From: the human T2T-CHM13v2.0 reference genome, Homo sapiens
NCBI RefSeq assembly: GCF_009914755.1
Contig: NC_060928.1
Reading direction: 5' to 3' (one strand)
Length of the DNA: 64,000 nucleotides
The translations under genes were made by a program, and so were the position numbers. Below the pieces are notes generated by a model, which was given only the letters and a program-made list of their open reading frames with translations, was not told where the DNA came from and searched no databases. Position 1 is the stretch's first letter. The number at the start of each line of letters is the position of its first letter. Shown here in pieces: positions 50,038-64,000 of the stretch.

Positions 50038-52128
50038 CTTGGTTTCTTTTAACAGTGTTTTGTCATTCTCCTTGTGGAGATATTTCACCTCCTTGGTTAG
50101 ATGCATTTCTAGGTATTTAATGTTTTGTTTTTTTTGTATGTGGCTATTGTAAATGAGATTGTGTTCTTGACTTGACTCTCAGCTAGAATGTTATTGGTGT
50201 ATAGGAATGCTAGTGTTTTTTATACATTGGTTTTGCATCCTGAAACATTACTGAAGTCATTTTCAGTTCTAGGAGATTTTTGGCAGAGTCTTTAGAGTTT
50301 TCTAGGTATAGAATCATATTGTCTGTGAAGACAGATAGTTTGACTTATTTGGATGCCTTTTTTTTTTCTCTTGCCTGGCTGCTCTCACTGTGACTTCCAG
50401 AACTATGTTAAATACGAGTGGTTAGAGTGGGCATTCCTGTCTAGGCAACACAAATAAATGGAAACCATTCCATGCTCATGGATTGGGAGAATTAATATAG
50501 TTAAAATGGTCATACTGCCCAGAGCAATTTATGGACTTAATGCATTTCCAAACTACCAATGTCATTTTTTAACAGAAGTAGAGAAAACTATTCTGAAATT
50601 CACATGAAGTTAAAAGAGAGCCTGAATAGGCAAAGCAATCCTAAGCAAAAAGAACAAAGCCAGAGGCCACACATTACCTGTCTTCAAACTATACTACAAG
50701 GCTATAGTATAGTTTGTATAGTATAGTAACCAAAACAGCATGGTACTAGTACGAAAACAGACACATAGGTCAATGGAACAAAATAGAGAAGGCAGAAATA
50801 AAGCCAAATATCTACAACCATCTGATCTTAAACAAACTCAACAAAAATTAAGCAATGAGGAAAAGACTTCTTATTCAATAAATGGTGCTGGGATAAAGGG
50901 CTATCCATATGCAGAAGAATGCAACTGGATCCCTACCTATCACCATATATGAAAGTTAACACAAGATGGATTAAAGACTTAAACATAAGCCCTCAAAATA
51001 AAAAAAAATCCTAGAAGAAAGCCTAGGAAGTGCTCTTCTCAATATCAGCCTTGGCAATAATTTATGACTAAGTCCTCAAAAGGCAATTGCAACAACAGCA
51101 AAAAAATTGACAAGTGAGGCCTAATTAAAGTAAAGAGCTTCTGCACAGCAAGAGAAACTATTAAAGGAGTAAACAGACAGCCCATAGAGTGGGAGAAAAT
51201 ATTTGCAAACTCTGCATTTGACAAAGATCTAATATCCAGATTCTATAAGGAACTTAATTCAGCAAGCAAAATTCAAAAACCCCCATTAAAAAGGGGGCAA
51301 AGAACATGAAAGACACTTCTCAAGAGAAGACTTACAATGGACCCACAAGCTTATGAAAAAATGCTCATCATCATCAATCATTAGAGAAATGCAAATCAAA
51401 ATCACAGTGAGATACCATCTCACACCAATCAGAATGGCTTCTGTTGAAAAGTCAAAAAATGGCAGATGTTGATGAAGATGCAGAGAAAAGGGGACACATA
51501 CACTATTGGTGGGAATGCAAATTCGTCCAGCCACTGTGGAGAGCAATTTGGAGATTACTCAAAGTACTAAGTGTTGAACTACCATTCAACCCAGCAATCC
51601 CATTACTGGGTATATACTTAGAGAAAAATAAATCATTCTACCAAAATGACACAAGTACCCATATGTTCACGCAATGCTATTCATAATACAAAAAACATAG
51701 AATCATCCCTGGGGCCCATCAAAGGTGGATTGGATAAAGAAAATGTGGTCCATATACACCATGGAATACTATGCAGCCATAAAAATAATGAAATCAGTCC
51801 TTTGCAGCAACATGGGTACAGCTGAAGGCCATTATCCTAAGTGAACTAACCCAGAAACAGAAAACCAAATACTTCATGTTATTACTTACCGGTGAGAGTT
51901 TAACATTGGGCACACATGGACATAAAGATGGGAACAATAGACATTGAGGACCACTAGAAAAAGGGGGGATGGAAGGGGGCAAGGGCTGAAAAGTTTCCTC
52001 TTGGGTACTATGCTCACTACCTGGGTCACAGGTTCATTCATACCTCAAGCCTCAACATTACACATTATTTACCTTTGGAACAAACCTGCACATATACCCC
52101 CTGATTCTAAAATAAAAGTTGAAAAAAA
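50038..52128 (+). mobile_element. L1PA16-like 5'-truncated element with a 5' inversion
   Basis: 50038-50442 is ORF2 in the minus orientation; 50443-52128 is ORF2 3' half plus 3' UTR in plus, ending ctaaaataaaagttgaaaaaaa. Confidence 0.88.
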
Positions 52129-53594
52129 TGGAGTTGATAAGATATAGGTCAAACAAGTGAAAGTTTGCTCTCTTTCATTGGTTGTTGGCAAAACATTGTC
52201 TAATCAGGGCATATTTAATGACCCTAGGGTTTTTCCATAAGCGTAGGTTTATACCTGGGAAAGTCCAGGTTATGGTGGAAAATACATAGCATATAAGCTG
52301 CCAATTTTTCCTTTATTGCCCATGTTTTACATTATATTCTATAATGGCACTTTTTTCCTGCTGAACTTGAATAGACATCATAAATATTTTCAGTACTTCA
52401 CTCTACGTAGCTCCACTAATTAAAGTTGGACTTGAGATAAAATCTGTTTCCTATATTGGGCATGGTGTAATCTAGTAATTTCTGGAATGTATAAAACTTA
52501 ATTAATATACAGATATACGGACACTTGTATTCTGCTGGAGTCTTGCATTCTGAAATTCTTGGAAAATAGACTGTATGCACATAGTTTTATCTGGGTGGTG
52601 TTGGAATTAGGGGAGATAAGAATAAGAATATGGATTATAAGCCAATCCACTATATGGATGTGTGGAATTTAAATCTAAGAGCTTATAAAATTTATTATAT
52701 TCTGAAAGAGGTAGCCACATAGAAATGCTGCAGAGTAAGCAATAGCAGACTTCTAGGAAGGTGCTGGAATTCCCAAGATGAGATAAAGAATTGGGCTAGG
52801 AATTGAATGAAAGATTTAGTGTACTACCTCTGGTATTTGCACAATGAAGCCAACTCAGATAAACTCTTTTTCTGCTTCTCGCTGCACTGTTTTCCAGCAT
52901 TTTTTTCTCATTGTGTGCAAGTAGCTAGGACATAGCAGGATATACCAGATAAAAGAAATGGTCTAGTATCCAGAGAGCCTTACAGTCATACCTACTGACC
53001 GACCTCCCATTTCCAATGATTAGAATTGTAATCCGTATGCTGTTATAGGATAAAATGTTTTAGCACTACCCTCTAGATGTGATTTTCTATTTGAACTAGC
53101 TGTGGCCTGTATTAATGTATGGTATGAATGAAAATTGTATATTTTGAAACACAAGTAGATGGCTTGTGAATGCTAGTTAAATATTAAGAGCATACTGGGG
53201 GACTAATCTTTGACATTTTCTCTGCCAAGACAACCCAAGCAAAGAATATTTAATTCTCATGCTTTATAAAAATGATAGGAGTTAAGGGATCTCGTTTTAA
53301 GTAAATTTATATCAAAGAAGGAGATAAATATCCTTCAGAGGCCCATGTTAATAAAATATGAAGTTATGAGGAGTTTGTTGAATACTATAAAGAAAAAACA
53401 AATTCCAACAAGTTGGTAAGAGGCAAATAACAAACTAATGAATCTGATTAAAGTCTTTTCCATATCTGATTTCAAGAACCTATAGACTGAAGTAGTAAAG
53501 TCACTACAGTATTCCAAATCTGGTAGACAAACTGTAATGATGAATTTTTGGGCACCCAGAAAATATTTCCCTGAACAAATCATGAAGTCACCCT

Positions 53595-53705
53595 ATCCCT
53601 TTCTCCCTCCCTTCCTTCTTCTCTCCCTTCCTCTCTCTCTTCATTCATTTCTCCCTTCCCTCCCTCCTTCCATCTCCTGTTTTTTTCTTCTTCTTCTTCT
53701 TTTTA
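53595..53705 (+). repeat. CT-rich low-complexity tract
   Basis: Imperfect CCTT/CT/CTT units. Confidence 0.8.
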
Positions 53706-54397
53706 AATCACAAGGACTCACTGAACCCAGAGATAAGCATTGTCACAGCTCTGGATAGTAAGGAGGAAAGGGAATTGCAGGACTGTGCTGTTTCATCTTA
53801 CATGACAAATGGATCCCCAATAAATAGGCCTCTATTTTAATAATTAAATTGTATGGTGTTTGATTGATTGAACTCAGAAAAGATAACCAAGAATGTGGAA
53901 AGTAGAAATCAAGAGTCTATAAATCAGATCTAACGTAGGTCTTTGATTATACATGCATATAAATTCTCCAACTCTCCTCTTTCAGTGAGAGTTGCCAGAG
54001 TGTTTCCTTGTCAGTTTAAAAAATTAGAATAAGAAAGCCCAGAATGTGCTGACACTTGAGGAGGAGAAGGTCTTTAACCTATTAATCTAAATATTTTATC
54101 ACATTGGTTAAAGAACCATTGGAACACTTCCAATAATAGAGTCGTATTTCAGCTTAGATTATTATTTTAGTAGTTCCATTCCTTTTGCCTTGTAAATCAC
54201 GTGGTCACATTACACAGCCCAATGTTAATTCATATATAAAGTTATTTGAAATTAAATAGGCCAAAAACATTTGAAATCATACTGACATTTTCATACATCC
54301 ATACTATTTTCCAACTTCAAAAGTATTTTAAACACAATGGTCTCATTTTGGTTACTAGACAAATCTAGCCTTGTTGTAGTGTGGATGTTAAGAATTT

Positions 54398-54793
54398 CTT
54401 AGCCATAAAAAAGAATGAGATAATGTCCTTTGCAGCAATAGGGATGGAGCTGGAGGCCATTATCCTAAGAGAACTAATGCAAGAATAGAAAACTAAACGC
54501 CACGTGATCTCACTTATATGTGGGAGCTAAACACTGAGTACACATGCACACAAAGAAAGAAACAACAGACATTGGGGCCTATTTAAAGATGGAGGGTAGG
54601 ACAGGGTTTTTCGTAGGGACAGGGTTTTTCCATGTTGCCAGGAAAGGCAAGGATTGAAAAACTACCTATTGGGAACTATGCTTATTACCTGGGTGATGAA
54701 ATAATATGTACAGCAAACCCCCATGACATGCAGTTTATCTATAAAGTCAAGGTGCACATGTACCCCTGAAGCTAAAATAAAAGTTAAAAAAAT
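54398..54793 (+). mobile_element. L1PA13-16-like 3' end
   Basis: agccataaaaaagaatgagataatgtcc..tgcacatgtacccctgaagctaaaataaaagttaaaaaaa; carries a short foreign insert. Confidence 0.88.
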
Positions 54794-56641
54794 AATTTTT
54801 TCCATATTTTATATATTCTGTAAAGAGTGTGGATTTGAGTTATATAGTTTCCCAGCCTGTCCAGGCCCAGGTGACGTTCTTTGTTCATTGCTTAATAAGA
54901 AAATAAAGGTGAAACTATTACCATATGTAGTAAAGTGATTCATAGGAATGAATTACTGCCATTCTCAAGTCTATTTTTATCTGTATTAGCTTTTTCTTTA
55001 TGGTGTTGGAAAGTCTGAAAACCGTAATTAGTAACCAGTACTTTAAAAAGATATCTATAGATTTTGTACTCATTTACATTTGCAATTACTTTATTATCCT
55101 GGACTTTCAGACTTGAACATGAGCAAAATTGTGTTAACTAAGACAGCATTAGTTTATTTATTCAATGAATAAAAATCCAACTTGAGTCACCATGGGAATA
55201 CCCGTGATTGACTTGCCTATTTGGCTGCATTTCACTCTCACACATTGTGATGGGATAAAAACACTATATTTTCTAAACTGAATTTTCAAAAAGGCACTAA
55301 GGATGACTGAGCAAAGCATTCTGTTATCAATAGCGCTGTACTCAGATACCAGCATGTGAAATCTACATTTATGTCTGCAATTTTGGAGAACTAAGAACCA
55401 TATGGTATCTTGGTTTTATACTTCCTGAATCAGCTTAATTGCATCTGCATACCAATTAAACTTGAATAAATATGTTTGAGTGCTTTTTAGTTGTTGATAT
55501 TTTGTTATAAAGCTTTTACTCCAATTTGACTAAAAGCATTTTTAACTGCACTTGGTTTATAAATGGGTTATCATTTTATATTAATACACATCATATACCA
55601 TGTTATTTCTTTTTATGATAAAAGCACTGTTTGGCGTATCCATATTTCTTAGCAAGTGTTAAGTAAAAGTGATATAGAAAGTATCTAATCCATCTGTGAA
55701 TCAAGTTAAATTATATATATTTATGTATATATTTATATATGTATACATATATTATTGTTATTGTTGCTGTTAATTTCTATAATGCAATCTAGAACATGAA
55801 TGAACTTTTAACTTGTTGACACTGTTTCTAGAGCATTTTGAGTGGTTAAATAAATGTAAGTATAAATATAGAACTAAACTTGAGGCTTATATACATTGAA
55901 ATAATTGATGTTTCAGATGCTGCTCATCTCATCTTACCCAAATTACTGTACCAGCAGACTTTGGTTACAAATCACTGAATACTATTGGTTAAAGAAAGTC
56001 ATATACATATACCTGTCCTCATTAGGTTACTATAGAGGCTGCAATCCTTATGAGCTTTTTGGTTAAGACTCTTTAAAGGAGTTGCATCATTTATGGAGGA
56101 CCTTTATTGGTCACTGTATTTCACAAGAGTCAGATTAAGGTCCATTACTCTGTTCAATCTACTCTTAGATCCGTTTGATGCTGATGAGAGTTTTCTATCC
56201 AGGGTAAAGGGATAGGTGAGTACTAAGTGATCAAAGTCACATCAAAGCATTTGGTATAAGGAAACAAAATGATTGTGATACTGCATTAATGGAAGGTTGC
56301 TTTCTCATGCTTTGAAAATAAATGGCTTTGCTTTACCTGAATATTTATTTCCAGTATATTTCTTCCTTGCAATCTACTACATGAAACAGAGGGGGACCGT
56401 TATCTAGTGATAACATGTTTTTCTAGTTACATTATATGTTAAGCAAACTCCTTGGTTATTCATATTTCTAATAGAAACGCTAATATTTCATGGTATTTTG
56501 TGATTTAACACCATCCCCGATCCCATGCACCATTTTGAATGATTATGTGGCATTGTATACCACTAAGTATTCTATTAAATAGAATTTATAATATTCAAGT
56601 TAAGTATATTTTATTTTTTATTTGTATTTTTATTATACATG

Positions 56642-59612
<2,971 letters not shown>

Positions 59613-61199
59613 TATACATTTTAGAAATATTTTGCAATTTTATTGTTTGTAAAAGAAAGTGAAGCAGACTATGATTTCACATAAGGTGACAATTTCAATA
59701 AAGCAGAAGAACAGTTTAGTTCATTAAAAATTTTATAGAATTATTTGGATAGTTTGTGCCACTTACACAGTTTATTGATGGGGATGCTTTTTTATAAAAA
59801 TTATTTTTCATAAAGGTTAATATAACATAAATAAAAAAATGACTTGACTCACAACTTAAAATGTGATTTCTTATGCAAAGTGAAATTTTGAAGCTTTAAA
59901 TAATTTAATTTTACTGAACATTTGTAACAGATACATTTTCTCAGTCTTGGACAGGGCTAGTGTTGGCTTAGAAAAATTCATACACTTAACATTCTATATT
60001 TATTTTGCATTTTCCTTTATGCCTAATGCAGATCTCCCATGTAGTAGTAGAATTTTAATAAAGTTTGTTAAGTCATTAACTTATAAACAGATTTTACATT
60101 CTTTGGAAATATCACTGTTCTTTGGAAACTTCACCCTGTGGCCTGTCTTCATGACTTGATTTCTTAAACTGCTACAAAGAGGTGTTCTTTCTCTGTCTGC
60201 ATGGCCTCAAGTGAATTAATCATTGCAGAATGGAGAGAGACATTTTGAAGAAAAATAATGTAGTGTGATTAGACACATTTGCCTCAGGTTGCTGCAGCCA
60301 GAGTGTGTTGTGGTGGTAATTTACTAAATGGTACCCTGGTGGTATGAATGAGTTTTTAGGTTTTATGACTGCTTTACTTTTTTCCAAGAAGCGATTTACA
60401 CATAGGACTTTGCTACTGCTCCTAAAAGAAGCAATAGAATCATTGATCTGAAATTCAAAAAAGCATCACCTTGGGTTCTTACATTAATAATTAAAAAAAA
60501 ACCCTACAAAATAGGGTCAGCCAAAATCAGAAGCATTTAATGCTATAAAATTATTATTTAGAAGTAAAATGTATAAGTTACTTTATAGTGATATAGTAAA
60601 TATTGCTATTTTAAATAGCCAATGATTGAAACTACCTACATGTTTTATAATAGGAGAAACCTTAAGTAATTTGTGGTAACTCCTTTTAAGAAATCCTATC
60701 TGTTAAAACTTTCATGAAGAGTTGATAATATGTATGAAATTCTTTAGCAGGATACAACATTGCATAGGCACTTTATCTCGGTGACTCCTCACTGTTCTGC
60801 ATTATTTCCATGTTACATGAGTCTCATCAGAGTTTTCACAAAGCCATTCAAGATGAGGACATAGTTCTGATAAGAACATGTTTCATTCAACATAATGCCA
60901 TGTAAAGGATTCCTGCATTTAAAAATAAACTAACATAGTAGATTCATGAGATTAGACGTTTTCCATTTTTTATATTCTTCATGTCCCCCAAAATTTCCAA
61001 CTTTGATATTAGAAATGAATTTATTTTTAAAGAGTCTATTTTAGGAACATTTTGCTTTAAATATGAAAAAGAAATTACTTACAAGTAAATATTTAATCTA
61101 ATTTGAAACTTTATGTATTTATGTTTCATTTTTCTATTCCATCCTGACTTTTCCATTGTGATTGTGATTTTGAGTAGTATTTCTTCTCCCAGTTAAAAC

Positions 61200-61265
61200 A
61201 AATAGCAAAACAACAAACCAACAACTTTAAACAAACAAAAACCAACTGAACAACAACAAAAAAAA
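61200..61265 (+). repeat. A/C-rich (CAA/CAAA)n tract
   Basis: Direct reading. Confidence 0.75.
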
Positions 61266-61279
61266 CCCTGGGCGTTTTT

Positions 61280-61880
61280 TTATTCTTTTCTTTCTCTCAT
61301 CCCTCTATCAATAAACAATTATTACTAGTGTTACCCACAAGATTACCAAGTTTGTTATCTTGTTTATCTGTACCATGCTATTTAAGCGAGAATGTCGTTA
61401 TCTCTCCTTTGGATTATTGCAATAGAATCCTAACTGGGTGGCTAGTTTTGGCAATCAATCCTGTACAAAGAGGCTATCTCTCTTAATTTAGCTCCCTACA
61501 AGGATCTGGACCTCTAAGTTCCTGACACTTCATCTCAAATAGTTATTCCCTTTACTCACACTGCTACTTGGAATGATCAGGCCTGCCCCAGGGAGTTTGC
61601 ACTTGATTCTGCCTCTGCTGGAAGTGTTCTTCTCACTCTTCTTCATTCAGCTCAAATATCACCACCTCCATACTTGTCTTCTTCATTATTTATCTCATTA
61701 CAGTAATTATTTTTGTAAGACATACATCACTGTTAAAGATCATCTAATATGCTTATTTGTTTTGTTTATATTCTGTCTCCCTCATTGGAGTAGATACTCC
61801 TCCAGAAAAGGGACTAGCCCCTCTAATTCCCTTCTGAATCCTCTGTGCCTGGAGGAGAATATGTTTCCTGTTTTTGAATT
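61280..61880 (+). mobile_element. L2 fragments
   Basis: tggattattgcaatag..cctaactgg; cagggagtttgcacttg; cagctcaaatatcacc; tctgtctccctc. Confidence 0.6.
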
Positions 61881-63284
61881 ATTTGAGAATTCACTTAGTA
61901 TTTTGTGCTAGAAGAGTGGTATTCAGACTGTAGTATAATAATCAGGGTGTAAAGGACACCCCTGCCCTACATAGGCATGGATACCTTTTAGATAACTAAT
62001 TTCTCAATTCTCAATTTTTATTTGTGATTTTCCATACAAATTACTTGTTTGAGAAGCTTCTGAGTTTTGTCAGTCATCTTCCTCATGTTTCTTTCACAAT
62101 CTCCCACTTTACAAAAAAACAAGCAAATTTATGAATTCAGATTCACTTGTGAATCTGTTTAGGATGCATTGTTCAGTTTCTAAAAACCTCTAGTGTATCA
62201 ACCAAGGGATAAATTACTCAGGGAGTCTTTTGAGGGCTTCCTAAATAAATATTGGAAGGTGCAGTGCCCTGTTTCCTAGAGGCAATATTCTGGTGAGCCA
62301 TTCTCCCCTTTCCTTCCTCCTCTCCTCCTCTCTCCCTTTGGATTCCAGAAGTGAGAAAGTAAGAATGTTGCTGTGGGGTATTAACAGGTTTACTTGATGC
62401 TTTCTTCTGAAGAAGAATTTTGACTGGATGATTTGTTTGACAAAGAGGATTGCTTTGCCAAGTGCATTGTGACACACATTTGCATATATTTTTCTTAAAT
62501 CAAATAAGCTAAATATGTGGCTTGACAGTATTGATGAAAATATATTTTAAGCCCACTTAGAGCATATAACAGTCAGAAAAATATGTCCTTTTACCTTATA
62601 GGAAATTTGTTAATGGTTAACTTTTAGGTCTTCTAGAGATTATGTAGATTTTCAAAGTTATTTTAGTAAAAAGAAAATTTGAAATTATTGTGCTAGACAA
62701 TGTGAGCAACATCAAATTGTTCAAAATATCTCTGTATAAAGTACACTTGATATAGAAGAAAGTGAAAAAGAGAGTTCATCTTTCACATGGAATATAAGAG
62801 ACCACTATCTTTCCTCATTTCCAGAGTATCTGTACACTCCTTTACCCTAATAAATTTTACAGGGATAGTATCTCTTTATTCAAATTTGTACAATCTTAAT
62901 TTGTAGCTCACATAGATGCAAATAAGTTTATTAAGAAAACACAGTTCTGTAGAGGGTGCTGATTCAGTAGTTTTTCACAGTATTCAGTCAAGAATTTGAT
63001 GTCTTAAACTCTTGACTAAATTAAAAAGGTTAAAACACTTTACCTAATTTTGTAATAAAAATAATGACATTTATCCTTTGCTTCCCTTTATGTTGAGCAG
63101 AGGTCTAAGCCCTCAACTTCTTTAGTCCTTATAATAGTTAAATTTCTTATGGTAGGTGCTATGTATGACTCAATTTCACACATTGTGAAATTGAAGCTCA
63201 AAGGGAGATTAAAATACTGTAGATTACCCGAAGTTAGTGAGAGCAGAAACCAAAATCCAAACCTAGATAATATGTCTCCAGAAT

Positions 63285-63477
63285 TTTTTATTAATACACA
63301 TTAGGTATACATATTTTTAGGGTACATGTGATATTGGATATATTTATATAATCAAATCTGGGTAATTGGAATACTCATTATCTTAAATATTTATCTTTAT
63401 TTTTAACTCCTGGTACATTTGAATTATTCTCTTCTAGCTATTTTGAAATGTATATTCCATTACCATTAACTGTAGTC
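63285..63477 (-). mobile_element. Short L1MA 3' fragment next to MIR remnants
   Basis: tagggtacatgtgatatt..caaatctgggtaattgg..tcttctagctattttgaaat..ttaactgtagtc. Confidence 0.7.
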
Positions 63478-64000
63478 TGGAATGTTAACCCATATATTAT
63501 ACAGGACCAAACCAGAATGCTATACTAAGATGTGCAGAAGAAAGTTAAAATAATGTTTTGAGCAACATTGACCCTCATCAGTAATTATTTTTTATATTAC
63601 CGAACATTTATATATAGTGTATACTATATGCTAGGAAATATATACATAGGATTCCAATGCCAATATGTGGTTTTTCTACAAACAAAGCAAATAGGGTCTC
63701 TTTTAGGTTTTCCTTCCAGTTTCTGGGTACCCTTATGTTTGTTGTATGATATTCTTTCTCCACTCTGTCTAAGCTAGGATGTCTGTTTCTTTCTTTGAAT
63801 ATTTTATTTTGAATCACAAAATGTTCTCAGATCCTACATAAGTACTTGTTTAGTATTCAATTCTGAATATGCAACTGTTAGCCTGAGGAAATCTGTAGGA
63901 CGGTACAACTGTCTCTCTCTCTCTCGCTCGCTTGTTTTTTGTTGAAATTGTTGCTAGTGGCTGCATTTTTTTCCCTTGTGGAATTAATATTTTCTGTATT

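Noticed and set aside
55915-56066. Acceptor followed by a ~49-codon ORF (MLLISSYPNY...)
   Set aside because: Weak pyrimidine tract, no recognisable protein, and length within random expectation.
62138-62157. 9-bp inverted repeat CAGATTCAC-TT-GTGAATCTG
   Set aside because: About one such repeat is expected by chance in 64 kb.

Overview
Primate (human-like), AT-rich, repeat-dense genomic DNA with no intact protein-coding gene, RNA gene or CRISPR array that I can support. Nearly all long ORFs in the track are decayed LINE-1 ORF1/ORF2 fragments or Alu/microsatellite artefacts. Contents: a full-length but inactivated young L1 (L1PA3/L1PA2-like, 892-~6930); several older L1s (L1PB, L1PA15/16, L1MA, L1MB-like), two of them with 5' inversions; 13 Alus; solo LTRs (LTR16-, LTR41-, THE1/MST- and MLT2-like); Tigger-family DNA transposon remnants; MIR/L2 relics; and microsatellites. 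Repeat orientation suggests the window may lie in a long intron of a + strand gene (inference). I see no convincing new biological system. The best signals are: (i) the young L1 carries a ~60-nt 3' transduction plus a matching 5-nt 5' transduction inside a perfect 15-bp TSD, which barcodes its parent element; (ii) a 36-bp templated insertion in an L1 3' UTR apparently copied from one specific Alu 3.3 kb away; (iii) a CpG-retaining unique island at ~8.2-8.8 kb with Inr/RFX-like motifs and good splice sites on both strands (candidate alternative first exon); (iv) several local template-switch or duplication scars. Subfamily names come from remembered consensus sequences and need RepeatMasker/Dfam confirmation.
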